Below, piece by piece: positions 12,473 through 21,926 of a DNA stretch of 64,000 bases (positions are counted from its first letter, which is position 1; each line of letters opens with the position of its first letter). This DNA comes from TPA_inf: Saccharomyces. Taxonomy: Eukaryota. A program made the translations under genes and the position numbers. The notes under the pieces were generated by a model that saw only the letters and a list, made by a program, of their open reading frames with translations, did no database searches and was not told where the DNA came from. The stretch is taken from the NCBI GenBank assembly GCA_000146045.2, contig BK006938.2:544001-608000 (forward strand), given 5' to 3'.

Positions 12473-12815
12473 TTTTAGTTTATGTATGTGTTTTTTGTAG
12501 TTATAGATTTAAGCAAGAAAAGAATACAAACAAAAAATTGAAAAAGATTGATTTAGAATTAAAAAGAAAAATATTTACGTAAGAAGGGAAAATAGTAAAT
12601 GTTGCAAGTTCACTAAACTCCTAAATTATGCTGCCCTTTATATTCCCTGTTACAGCAGCCGAGCCAAAGGTATATAGGCTCCTTTGCATTAGCATGCGTA
12701 ACAAACCACCTGTCAGTTTCAACCGAGGTGGTATCCGAGAGAATTGTGTGATTGCTTTAATTAATTTCGGAGAATCTCACATGCCACTGAAGATTAAAAA
12801 CTGGATGCCAGAAAA

Positions 12816-12870
12816 GGGGTGTCCAGGTGTAACATCAATAGAGGAAGCTGAAAAGTCTTAGAACGGGTAA
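12816..12870 (-). promoter_or_regulatory. TPI1 UAS: Reb1 site TTACCCG (12864-12870, minus), Gcr1 CT-box GCTTCC (12843-12848, minus), Rap1-like ACACCTGGACACCCC (12816-12832, minus). TATA (TATATA) at about 12671-12677.
   Basis: Motifs read on the TPI1 sense strand 340-400 bp upstream of the ATG. The arrangement of Reb1, Rap1 and Gcr1 sites matches what is known for glycolytic gene UAS elements. Confidence 0.55.
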
Positions 12871-13055
12871 TCTTCCACCAACCTGATGGGTTCCTAGATA
12901 TAATCTCGAAGGGAATAAGTAGGGTGATACCGCAGAAGTGTCTGAATGTATTAAGGTCCTCACAGTTTAAATCCCGCTCACACTAACGTAGGATTATTAT
13001 AACTCAAAAAAATGGCATTATTCTAAGTAAGTTAAATATCCGTAATCTTTAAACA

Positions 13056-14060
13056 CTATGTAGTTAGGTCTCCCTCACAATCAGTCCATTTGGGTAGCAC
13101 GGTCCTCAGGACGTATCTATTGATGGATTCGTCCAGTTCCATCACCATTACGCTCCCGTTAGGAACATTGGTAAACGATTCAAACTCTTCGTATGTCCAT
13201 CTAAACCATTTCATCAGGAATACTCTGGAATAAATACCATGTGTAACTAGGACAACAACATCTCTGGGTCTTCTCTCTTGCCTATCATGGAAGTGCCTGA
13301 ATAAAGTCTCTTGGAAACTGGCGACTCTGTCATATACATCTGCCGCACTTTCTCCATGAGGGAATCTGAAGAAGAAATGACCATACGTAGATCTCTTCTT
13401 CATAACGTCCTGCATGCTATTGATTTTTTGGAAATTACCAAAATCTTGTTCCCTTATTCTTGGCTCATCCTTAACCCGATATTGCAGATAACATTTTCCA
13501 GGCTTCCCTTCACAAATATTATCTTCATTATTTTCGTAAACACCACCAGTATTATTAAGTCCTCTCGGCCAAAATGCATGTTTCTGTTTACCATGTGGAT
13601 CATATCTCATATCTTCACATATACGAACACCACTGTTTAATTCATTATATTCATCGATGACGTCCAAAATACCTTTCAATGTTTCCCTTGCTCTTCTATA
13701 GGGTGATGTATAAAAAACTATGTTTGTGTCTTTTTCTCTACTCAGCCTGGTATAGTCCTTCAGCGGTAAAGTTCTCCTGCTACTTTCATCTTTAATATAC
13801 TTCTTAGCCAAATCCTCCACCAAGTTGTGATCGTCTACGTTTAAAACACGTAATAAGTCAATACCAGCTTGTCTAGCTTGGATTTGACCTGTTTTCGTTA
13901 AAGAAATCAGATGGTTAGGAATATAACCATTGACCTCCTTGTTTTTATTTGATTCGCTTTCCCCATGCCTTATTAGTACAATTAACCTAGGTCTGGCATT
14001 CGTAAAAGAACCGTGACTGCCAGCAACATCTTCACTAACATGAACATTCTCTTCACACAT
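13056..14060 (-). CDS. DET1: Histidine-phosphatase family acid phosphatase involved in sterol transport (YDR051C), 334 aa
   Basis: RHGES catalytic motif (LIRHGESESN) of the phosphoglycerate-mutase/histidine phosphatase superfamily. Recognised as Det1. Confidence 0.9.
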   Translation of the reverse strand: MCEENVHVSEDVAGSHGSFTNARPRLIVLIRHGESESNKNKEVNGYIPNHLISLTKTGQIQARQAGIDLLRVLNVDDHNLVEDLAKKYIKDESSRRTLPLKDYTRLSREKDTNIVFYTSPYRRARETLKGILDVIDEYNELNSGVRICEDMRYDPHGKQKHAFWPRGLNNTGGVYENNEDNICEGKPGKCYLQYRVKDEPRIREQDFGNFQKINSMQDVMKKRSTYGHFFFRFPHGESAADVYDRVASFQETLFRHFHDRQERRPRDVVVLVTHGIYSRVFLMKWFRWTYEEFESFTNVPNGSVMVMELDESINRYVLRTVLPKWTDCEGDLTT

Positions 14061-14510
14061 TTCTTTTACTAATACTCTGAGTTATTCAAATGGAATGCTG
14101 TAGCGTAAGTTCTTTTATGTTGAACCATGAATACGAGCTGCAATTAATGCAGTTGAGAACTAGCTTTTTTTTTTTCATGCCTCTCGGTCTCTGCAGGATA
14201 TCGGGTAAAAATGAAAACTGGGACATTAACCGCGGTGGGTACTCGATCATTATTTGTTCAGAATGAGTTATGATATGAACGGTAATTAATCTAGATGATA
14301 ATATATATATGTATATGTATATATATGCAATTGATAATATATGGACGAGTAAATAAGAGTTAAGTCAATAGCAAGAAAGTAACAAGGGTGAATGAGAAAG
14401 TGATTCAATAACATTGCCGTTGATAGCTTTTTTGTTCCGAGCAGCAATGGAAACGGAACAATACTATTTTGATTTTATCACTAAAAGCTACTGCACTTTA
14501 CGTCGTGTCC

Positions 14511-16625
14511 CTATATTTGAAATCTGAGATTTTCAATTAACGAGTCAATAGCCTCAAAATTTAAATCGTTTTCAGCGAAAGACAAATGCTTCTCAGAAAC
14601 TATGTGTTGTTCTAAAGATTCGTATTTTACACGACAATTTTCACAGTATCCGGAATTTTTTACCGTTTCTTTCTTCACCGGCTGTGCTGTCTGTGCTGTC
14701 TGTGCGTTAAAATGTAAGGTGACGTTTGTGGAAGTTGATTTCTTCGATGCTGTTGGAGATTCTGTGGTTGTTATCTTGATGTCATTATGAACTTTGGAGT
14801 CTGCGGAGACTGATTTGGTAGCTACCTTAGGGAAATTCTGGGGCTTTCTATTAGTTTCTAAGTGTACAGCACTATCTTTGCCCGTCTCTTTCGAAGGGGC
14901 TTCGTCTTTTTTCAAAGCATTAAAATCTAATCTGTGTCTATTTTCCTTTGATGTTTCAGCAGTAGTTGCTATAGTGGCTGTATAATTTTTGTTATTTCCA
15001 TTTGTCTGCTTTACTCCCAGCTTTCTATCAACCATTAGTCTACTTAATGACTTCATGTTCTTACTCATGACGCTTGCTCTTGTTGGGCCCAAACCATTGC
15101 CAAAAGAGGTTGCCACATCATTAGATTGATGTGCACCACTTGCTTTGATTTCAAATGCCTGACGTGACTTTGTTTTCAAAGTGCACAAATCATCCGGCAC
15201 TTCTTCAGTTTCTTGCCTTGCAAAAGTAGCTAATACTGGATGGTTTAGTTTTGGTGTGGCAGCCAGCTCTTTTCGCTGTGGGTACTTATTCGATTCTTCT
15301 GCTATAGATTGTTTATTTTCTTTTTCTTCTTTCAACGGAGGCTCTTTGGTTTCAGTTTCATTTAATAATATACTATTTTTTTCATCGGTTTGGTCAGCAT
15401 GTTCATTACGAACATCTTGAACTGCGCTATCATCCGTCTTCTTTAACTCGGTCTTCTCAAAATTTTTTGCCTTTTCTTGCATCCATTTTTTGAAGCTCTT
15501 GGTAGAATCGTTGCATGTGTGAGGTATGAATATTAGGTTTTTCGTTTGATCATTAACTGATGACGTATTCAGTAAGGTGTCGGCATGATATTGAAATAGA
15601 GCACGAAGTTGCAGTGCATATTTTTTGTTTGCTTTGTCTCTCGAGTATCTCTTTACTACGCGCTTATAAGAACTTTCGTCATAATTCCTATCCCCTATAA
15701 AAGGGCATCTTCCGAATGAACCTATTTTCAATATTGGGTAAGGTAGTTCGTCTAAGTTTGTTAGTTCTTGAGGTTTCCATTCCAAAGTTATTATGGGGGC
15801 CCAAGTTTGCCATAGGTCATAAAGGTATACATGAGGATATTTAAAGTAGTGAATATCGTCTCTTTTAGTTCTGGGGTCTCTATCCGTTGGTCCATATAAT
15901 TTTTCATTGTGTAGAAGATTGGACAATGTGGGCGCAGCTAAAGAAGCAGATTTAGTCTTGCTCAAATGATCCAAATCAACATCAAGATTTTTCAGAAATC
16001 TGGCAGCCTTTTCGTAACTCCAAACTTTCATGTAGTTTTTTTTAGCTCTCGATAAAATGTCGGTATCTTTTAGTAAATATATGTTCTCAACAGACCTTCT
16101 TGTGATAACTATTGTGACAGTAGTGTCAAAAAATTGAGTTATTTGCGCACCCAATGTAAGAAACCCTCTTTTCAATAAATCTCTGCGTTTGTCCATCTTG
16201 GACTTATTATATGTATTCATCTCTACATCATCAGTAATGTCAAAGTAAATGCGAGAATCTCTTTTCATTATCTTTTTCCAATTTGTTTGCCATTCCAGCA
16301 ATTCCTTAGGCGTAACCCTTGGCTCGACATTTTTCAGACCCGTACCTTTGCTGACTTGGACAGCGCCTTCAATAGACCTGGCCCTTTCTATTCTGGCCCT
16401 TTTCTTTTCATGCAAATGCTGCTGCTGTTGGAGCTCGAGGCGCTCAAGAGATCTTTTCTTCGGAAAGGATTCAGTGGTATTGTTATTGTTGCAATTATTG
16501 TCGTTAGAAAACACATTCAAGTGGCCCGCTGCTGTTGTTGATGCGGCAATTCCATTATTATGTTTCAAGTTGGTATCTGTTTCCTTTAACGGAGACCTTA
16601 TTATCATTTTCGTTGGAGAAACCAT
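14511..16625 (-). CDS. DBF4: Regulatory subunit of Cdc7 kinase (YDR052C), 704 aa
   Basis: Recognised as Dbf4. C-terminal CCHH zinc finger (CENCRVKYESLEQHIVSEKH). Confidence 0.94.
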   Translation of the reverse strand: MVSPTKMIIRSPLKETDTNLKHNNGIAASTTAAGHLNVFSNDNNCNNNNTTESFPKKRSLERLELQQQQHLHEKKRARIERARSIEGAVQVSKGTGLKNVEPRVTPKELLEWQTNWKKIMKRDSRIYFDITDDVEMNTYNKSKMDKRRDLLKRGFLTLGAQITQFFDTTVTIVITRRSVENIYLLKDTDILSRAKKNYMKVWSYEKAARFLKNLDVDLDHLSKTKSASLAAPTLSNLLHNEKLYGPTDRDPRTKRDDIHYFKYPHVYLYDLWQTWAPIITLEWKPQELTNLDELPYPILKIGSFGRCPFIGDRNYDESSYKRVVKRYSRDKANKKYALQLRALFQYHADTLLNTSSVNDQTKNLIFIPHTCNDSTKSFKKWMQEKAKNFEKTELKKTDDSAVQDVRNEHADQTDEKNSILLNETETKEPPLKEEKENKQSIAEESNKYPQRKELAATPKLNHPVLATFARQETEEVPDDLCTLKTKSRQAFEIKASGAHQSNDVATSFGNGLGPTRASVMSKNMKSLSRLMVDRKLGVKQTNGNNKNYTATIATTAETSKENRHRLDFNALKKDEAPSKETGKDSAVHLETNRKPQNFPKVATKSVSADSKVHNDIKITTTESPTASKKSTSTNVTLHFNAQTAQTAQPVKKETVKNSGYCENCRVKYESLEQHIVSEKHLSFAENDLNFEAIDSLIENLRFQI

Positions 16626-16859
16626 TTTCTTCTTTCTTTTCTAAATATGAACCAAAAGCAGAATTCCAAATGCCTTTCAGATTCAAACCTTGAATTCTGA
16701 AGATAACTAGCCCTGCAAGCGAATTCAGATCTAAAGGAATCTACACCTGGCTGAGTATAGACTATGCAACTTGATTTTTGTTTTTCTTGGCCTGAGCCAT
16801 TACCGTTATTATTATCGTTATTTCTTTATTTTTTTCTTTTTCGCAAAGATCGACCTAAG

Positions 16860-16865
16860 ACGCGT
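16860..16865. promoter_or_regulatory. MCB element ACGCGT (MBF site) about 235 bp upstream of DBF4
   Basis: Palindromic ACGCGT in the DBF4 5' region. DBF4 is a G1/S periodically transcribed gene. Confidence 0.45.
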
Positions 16866-17439
16866 TTGCAAAAAAAAAACCATTTACTTACTGCGGGTAA
16901 AATATTAAAAGAAACTTAGGCGTTAGCCAAGAACCGATAAGAAAATAAAAATAAAAAAGGTAATGAGGAATTAGATGCAAAGAGATATAGATATAAACAC
17001 ACACACACAAATATATATTTATATACATATGTATGGTGATATATATTCAAAAAAAAAAAGTACAGTAACTTAGAAACTATTAGTGGGACGGATTTGGTTT
17101 TCTTATTTCTTTCTTTTTAAAAAACTTTCTTAATATACACGTTTGTGGTTATAAGGTGGTGTAAAGTAATGTAATGATATACACTTTTTTTCTCAATTCT
17201 TTACCTTCTTCTTTCGTACGGTGTACTGCGAGAAGTAAAATGGGATGATGAATTAATTTTTCTAAATTTTTCTTCGACACTTAGTTATTTTCTTCTTCCC
17301 CTGTCAATCTCAGATTATCATAGGGAAAAATGTAAAGTGCTTTATCGACAACGTATCGCGTATGTATAAATTGATTCATGTTTTGCGTTTGAGCTGAATA
17401 TGTTTTGTTAAATTTTGTCTTCTTTCTTACTGTTCTTTT

Positions 17440-18327
17440 TTATATTTTCTTTGAAACTCTTTCTACATCCTCCACATCTTCACTTTCATCTTCAGCCTTG
17501 TGGGGTTGTTTCCTATCCATGACGCTGTCGTTATCTATACTATCGTCGTCATCATCGTCATCATCTTCGAATTCGATTCTTTCGTCATCGTCGTCGTTGT
17601 CGTTATAGTTGTAAACGTCATCATCTTCAAAGGGGATATGGTTGTTTCCATCGTCGTAGTCGTCGTCTTGTAAAATGACGGACCCGTTCTCATCGTCGTC
17701 CAAATCACTATCATACCAAAAATTATCCGCCATATCCTTATTCGATTCTGGTTCATCTAGTTTACTTTGAGATATGTACGCCGATTCAGAAGTGGGCATT
17801 ATGAAACCTTTAGGGATATCTTGTTTCGATCTTTCCACTTCCATTTTGACTCTTTGCTTGTATTGTTCAGGGTTCTTTCTGTAATCAACAGCGGCATCGA
17901 CATTTGCTGGCGAGTTGATATTGGGGTCCTCTAATAGAGATACTATAGAGATCAACACACTTTCCACGGTCTGCACGGGGGACCACGTTTCAGCATCAGG
18001 TTCGTCGGTCATAGGATCCCCACTTTGATGTAAAATAGAAATACAAAGCCTGCCATCCCTGTAAACGTTTGGATGGTAGATAGCCGGCGTAAATCGAAAC
18101 TGTGGTGGAGAAAAGGGAAAGTCTTCCGGAAATCTCATTTGAGCTTTGAAAAACCCTCCATGATAAATGGAATCCTCATTTAGCACCATAACACCTATGT
18201 TCCAAGTGAAAATATTTGAATCATCCTCTAGTTCTATATGAAATGAGGGAATAGCTTTCTTAGGATCAGTAAGTTCTCTATATTGCCGTAACAGTAAGCT
18301 AGAAGCGGTGCTTTTGCGACTACTCAT
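17440..18327 (-). CDS. CDC34: Ubiquitin-conjugating enzyme E2 of SCF (YDR054C), 295 aa
   Basis: UBC fold with active-site HPN...C (HPNVYRDGRLCISIL), the Cdc34-specific acidic-loop insertion and a long D/E-rich C-terminal tail. Confidence 0.95.
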   Translation of the reverse strand: MSSRKSTASSLLLRQYRELTDPKKAIPSFHIELEDDSNIFTWNIGVMVLNEDSIYHGGFFKAQMRFPEDFPFSPPQFRFTPAIYHPNVYRDGRLCISILHQSGDPMTDEPDAETWSPVQTVESVLISIVSLLEDPNINSPANVDAAVDYRKNPEQYKQRVKMEVERSKQDIPKGFIMPTSESAYISQSKLDEPESNKDMADNFWYDSDLDDDENGSVILQDDDYDDGNNHIPFEDDDVYNYNDNDDDDERIEFEDDDDDDDDSIDNDSVMDRKQPHKAEDESEDVEDVERVSKKI

Positions 18328-18970
18328 ATTTACGTTGTATTGTTCTTTTTTCCTTGTTTGGTGTACTAAAAAATAACAGTCGCTATAAGTCCTAAACAGT
18401 AAAGGACAAAGATGTCAGCGGCAGAGAGTATAAAGGAGTACTATTCGACTGAAATAACAAACGCAAAGCTCCTATTATTTTGTAATAGTATGCTCTTTAT
18501 TGTCCTTCTTAACTTTAAGTTTCTGCTCTTGTTCTTTACAGATTCAAGAGGAAACCAAAAAAAAATCAAAGAAAAAGAATCGAATTTTTCCCAAAATGAA
18601 AGTGTAAGGAAAAAAAAAGAGGAGATAGAAAATCCGAAGAACCCCAAGGGACGGACAAACACAAGACGATGCTGCACGTGGTTAGTTTTGTAAGCGCAGG
18701 TTACGATAAAGAGCATAAACAAATCATTACTAAGAGCGGTATACAAGAATAAAGTGACAAACAGTTCTCCCTATTTAACGCACTTAACGTAGGTTCCATC
18801 ATTATGATGCTATTGCCACATCAAATCTCCTTTGGACTGAACCCGCATTAGTAATTGCCCGCTTTTCTTTTCTTCCGCGGGTGGGCCCCATAAATAGAAA
18901 AAAAAAGAAAGAAAGCGTTTAAATAAATAGAGTGAGCGGATTTCTATTATCTGAAAACCGGGTTATAATG

Positions 18971-18987
18971 CACGTGATATGCACGTG
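18971..18987. promoter_or_regulatory. Two CACGTG E-boxes 5 bp apart (18971-18976 and 18982-18987; the second is CACGTGGG) in the CDC34/PST1 divergent intergenic region
   Basis: Palindromic bHLH sites (Cbf1/Pho4/Tye7 class) seen directly in the sequence. The target gene is ambiguous. Confidence 0.4.
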
Positions 18988-19221
18988 GGAGCTGGGCGGC
19001 TATTTTTTTCTTTTTCAAATGTATTTGAGTCGTTTAAAATAGCACTCCCCGTTGACCCGCCAACTCATTTTTGTTTTCTCTTTACGGAAAAGGCTTTAAA
19101 TTAAGGCCCGCATTTTCGGTATCCTTGAGGGAAAAAAACCAAAGAAACCCAAAAAAGACCACAAAGCTGGGATATCTTAATTAGTAGAGAGGGCTTTTAG
19201 TTTTAATAGTGTTACGAGTCT

Positions 19222-19231
19222 CTAAAAATAG
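19222..19231 (+). promoter_or_regulatory. Rlm1 (MADS-box) site CTAAAAATAG about 296 bp upstream of PST1
   Basis: Perfect match to CTA(W)4TAG. PST1 is a known Rlm1/cell-wall-integrity-induced gene. Confidence 0.5.
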
Positions 19232-19526
19232 CGTAGGCACACTGCCCTGATTCGGACTTTGATCAGAGTTTATTACTACAAAGAGTAATGTTGAATGATT
19301 GGGCTGGGTTTTCATAGCATTAACTCTAAGTAATATCATTCAACCGCTCAAGGTTCCTTACGAGCAAACCCATATATGCTCTACAGATAAACATATAAAT
19401 AGCGTGCATATTCTTCTCTATTCAACTCTTGCTCTGTATAGTTCAATAGAATCTTACAGTACATCACGCTGCAATAGATCTAATCCAAGAGAGAAGCAAA
19501 AAAAAAAAGCTCGCTATAAAAATATC

Positions 19527-20861
19527 ATGCAATTACATTCACTTATCGCTTCAACTGCGCTCTTAATAACGTCAGCTTTGGCTGCTACTTCCTCTTCTTC
19601 CAGCATACCCTCTTCCTGTACCATAAGCTCACATGCCACGGCCACAGCTCAGAGTGACTTAGATAAATATAGCCGCTGTGATACGTTAGTCGGGAACTTA
19701 ACTATTGGTGGTGGTTTGAAGACTGGTGCTTTGGCTAATGTTAAAGAAATCAACGGGTCTCTAACTATATTTAACGCTACAAATCTAACCTCATTCGCTG
19801 CTGATTCCTTGGAGTCCATCACAGATTCTTTGAACCTACAGAGTTTGACAATCTTGACTTCTGCTTCATTTGGGTCTTTACAGAGCGTTGATAGTATAAA
19901 ACTGATTACTCTACCCGCCATCTCCAGTTTTACTTCAAATATCAAATCTGCTAACAACATTTATATTTCCGACACTTCGTTACAATCTGTCGATGGATTC
20001 TCAGCCTTGAAAAAAGTTAACGTGTTCAACGTCAATAACAATAAGAAATTAACCTCGATCAAATCTCCAGTTGAAACAGTCAGCGATTCTTTACAATTTT
20101 CGTTCAACGGTAACCAGACTAAAATCACCTTCGATGACTTGGTTTGGGCAAACAATATCAGTTTGACCGATGTCCACTCTGTTTCCTTCGCTAACTTGCA
20201 AAAGATTAACTCTTCATTGGGTTTCATCAACAACTCCATCTCAAGTTTGAATTTCACTAAGCTAAACACCATTGGCCAAACCTTCAGTATCGTTTCCAAT
20301 GACTACTTGAAGAACTTGTCGTTCTCTAATTTGTCAACCATAGGTGGTGCTCTTGTCGTTGCTAACAACACTGGTTTACAAAAAATTGGTGGTCTCGACA
20401 ACCTAACAACCATTGGCGGTACTTTGGAAGTTGTTGGTAACTTCACCTCCTTGAACCTAGACTCTTTGAAGTCTGTCAAGGGTGGCGCAGATGTCGAATC
20501 AAAGTCAAGCAATTTCTCCTGTAATGCTTTGAAAGCTTTGCAAAAGAAAGGGGGTATCAAGGGTGAATCTTTTGTCTGCAAAAATGGTGCATCATCCACA
20601 TCTGTTAAACTATCGTCCACTTCCAAATCTCAATCAAGCCAAACTACTGCCAAGGTTTCCAAGTCATCTTCTAAGGCCGAGGAAAAGAAGTTCACTTCTG
20701 GCGATATCAAGGCTGCTGCTTCTGCCTCTAGTGTTTCTAGTTCTGGCGCTTCCAGCTCTAGCTCTAAGAGTTCCAAAGGCAATGCCGCTATCATGGCACC
20801 AATTGGCCAAACAACCCCTTTGGTCGGTCTTTTGACGGCAATCATCATGTCTATAATGTAA
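19527..20861 (+). CDS. PST1: GPI-anchored cell-wall protein of the Sps2/Ecm33 family (YDR055W), 444 aa
   Basis: Start chosen at the ATG that begins an N-terminal signal peptide (MQLHSLIASTALLITSALAA). Leucine-rich-repeat-like middle region, Ser-rich C-terminus and a hydrophobic GPI signal. The in-frame upstream ATG at 19299 precedes the signal peptide and was rejected. Confidence 0.88.
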   Translation: MQLHSLIASTALLITSALAATSSSSSIPSSCTISSHATATAQSDLDKYSRCDTLVGNLTIGGGLKTGALANVKEINGSLTIFNATNLTSFAADSLESITDSLNLQSLTILTSASFGSLQSVDSIKLITLPAISSFTSNIKSANNIYISDTSLQSVDGFSALKKVNVFNVNNNKKLTSIKSPVETVSDSLQFSFNGNQTKITFDDLVWANNISLTDVHSVSFANLQKINSSLGFINNSISSLNFTKLNTIGQTFSIVSNDYLKNLSFSNLSTIGGALVVANNTGLQKIGGLDNLTTIGGTLEVVGNFTSLNLDSLKSVKGGADVESKSSNFSCNALKALQKKGGIKGESFVCKNGASSTSVKLSSTSKSQSSQTTAKVSKSSSKAEEKKFTSGDIKAAASASSVSSSGASSSSSKSSKGNAAIMAPIGQTTPLVGLLTAIIMSIM

Positions 20862-21022
20862 TGGAATGAAGAAATATTCTTCATTTTTGATAACTAGTAC
20901 CTGTCATTCACGACATGTGAACAAATAAAAACATTTATTTAAAAATTTTATGTATTCAAATATTTTCGGGAAAGAGATAAAAGTAACGACACTTAAAAAT
21001 TTAAAAAATCACAATACTTTAT

Positions 21023-21640
21023 TTACTCAGTCTTTTGATCAGCTCCGGCACCTCCTTGTTGTTGCTTCTTTGCTGAGCCCGCAACAAAATTGTAAATCAA
21101 TAGGCCTAAAAGTAACATTTTCCAGTTCTTTTGAAACCAAGACACCTCCTTAACCTCTTCATCTTCTTCGAATTGTGCAGTGCTTCCATCCTTATTCTTA
21201 CTAGCTTTTTTATCAGCATAAGTTTTGGTTTTCTTCTTTAATTTGGTGACTGGTGCAGTAGGTCCCGCTTCTGGATATCTGACTGTAGCAGTAATAGCAT
21301 CGTTAGTCTCGTCATATGATAACGACACTTGTTTGACCTCATTATCTTCATCTACATCCACAATTAAATCGTATTTTAGTGGTGTCCTCAGCTTCATGTA
21401 GCTAAAACATGGCATATCCAGCTTACCTTCAATCTGGGCATTCAAACAGTATTCTCCAGAAACTTCAACATCCTGTATATTAACGGTTGTTACTGTAACA
21501 TTCCCATCGGATGTACTATCAATCTCAAATGTTCCTAGGGGTATAGCGTCTTTCGCATCATCTGAATAGCTTAATTGTAAAATATCAGCACAGAAAACCA
21601 TGCTGGCCAATAAAATCACACGCAACAGCCGCACAAGCAT
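21023..21640 (-). CDS. EMC10: ER membrane protein complex subunit 10 (YDR056C), 205 aa
   Basis: Signal peptide beginning at MLVRLLRVILLASMVFC, a lumenal domain, a C-terminal TM segment and a K-rich tail. The upstream in-frame ATG at 21712 was rejected. Confidence 0.82.
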   Translation of the reverse strand: MLVRLLRVILLASMVFCADILQLSYSDDAKDAIPLGTFEIDSTSDGNVTVTTVNIQDVEVSGEYCLNAQIEGKLDMPCFSYMKLRTPLKYDLIVDVDEDNEVKQVSLSYDETNDAITATVRYPEAGPTAPVTKLKKKTKTYADKKASKNKDGSTAQFEEDEEVKEVSWFQKNWKMLLLGLLIYNFVAGSAKKQQQGGAGADQKTE

Positions 21641-21926
21641 CTTTCCTTCAATGAGTATTGTACAGTTCTTGTTAGATAGTGTTGAATAGTACCACCTTGT
21701 TTTTTTACTCAAAGTGTCTTTTATATACTTCTAATTATTCCTATATTTGGTTGGGTTTTTAAGTTACCAATGCAAATACAGTGGTTAGAGACCCAGCGCA
21801 CGTATGCAAAAAAATACAGCGGAAATTTCAAGTAAAAATGTAGCTTCATAAAAAAGAAGCAGATTCCCTAAAATAAGCAATAGATCTTCACATATATCGT
21901 TATCATCCCCTTTCTTCCCTGTTTCA

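Noticed and set aside
16249-16644. 131-aa plus-strand ORF overlapping the DBF4 N-terminus (dubious ORF YDR053W)
   Set aside because: Entirely antisense to the DBF4 coding sequence, with a Cys/Leu-rich low-complexity translation.
17405-17756. Plus- and minus-strand short ORFs rich in Ser or Thr/Met repeats
   Set aside because: Alternative-frame and antisense readings of the GAT/GAC-rich CDC34 acidic tail.
19299-19526. In-frame upstream ATG extending PST1 to 520 aa. The same issue applies to EMC10 (21641-21712), YDR061W (30146), AIM7 (34627), PPH3 (53132), SHU2 (58870-58875) and FMP16 (44380-44385).
   Set aside because: The extensions precede signal peptides or conserved domain starts, and the shorter forms match the annotated protein lengths I remember. 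The calls are from annotated length plus signal-peptide logic, not from experimental TSS data.
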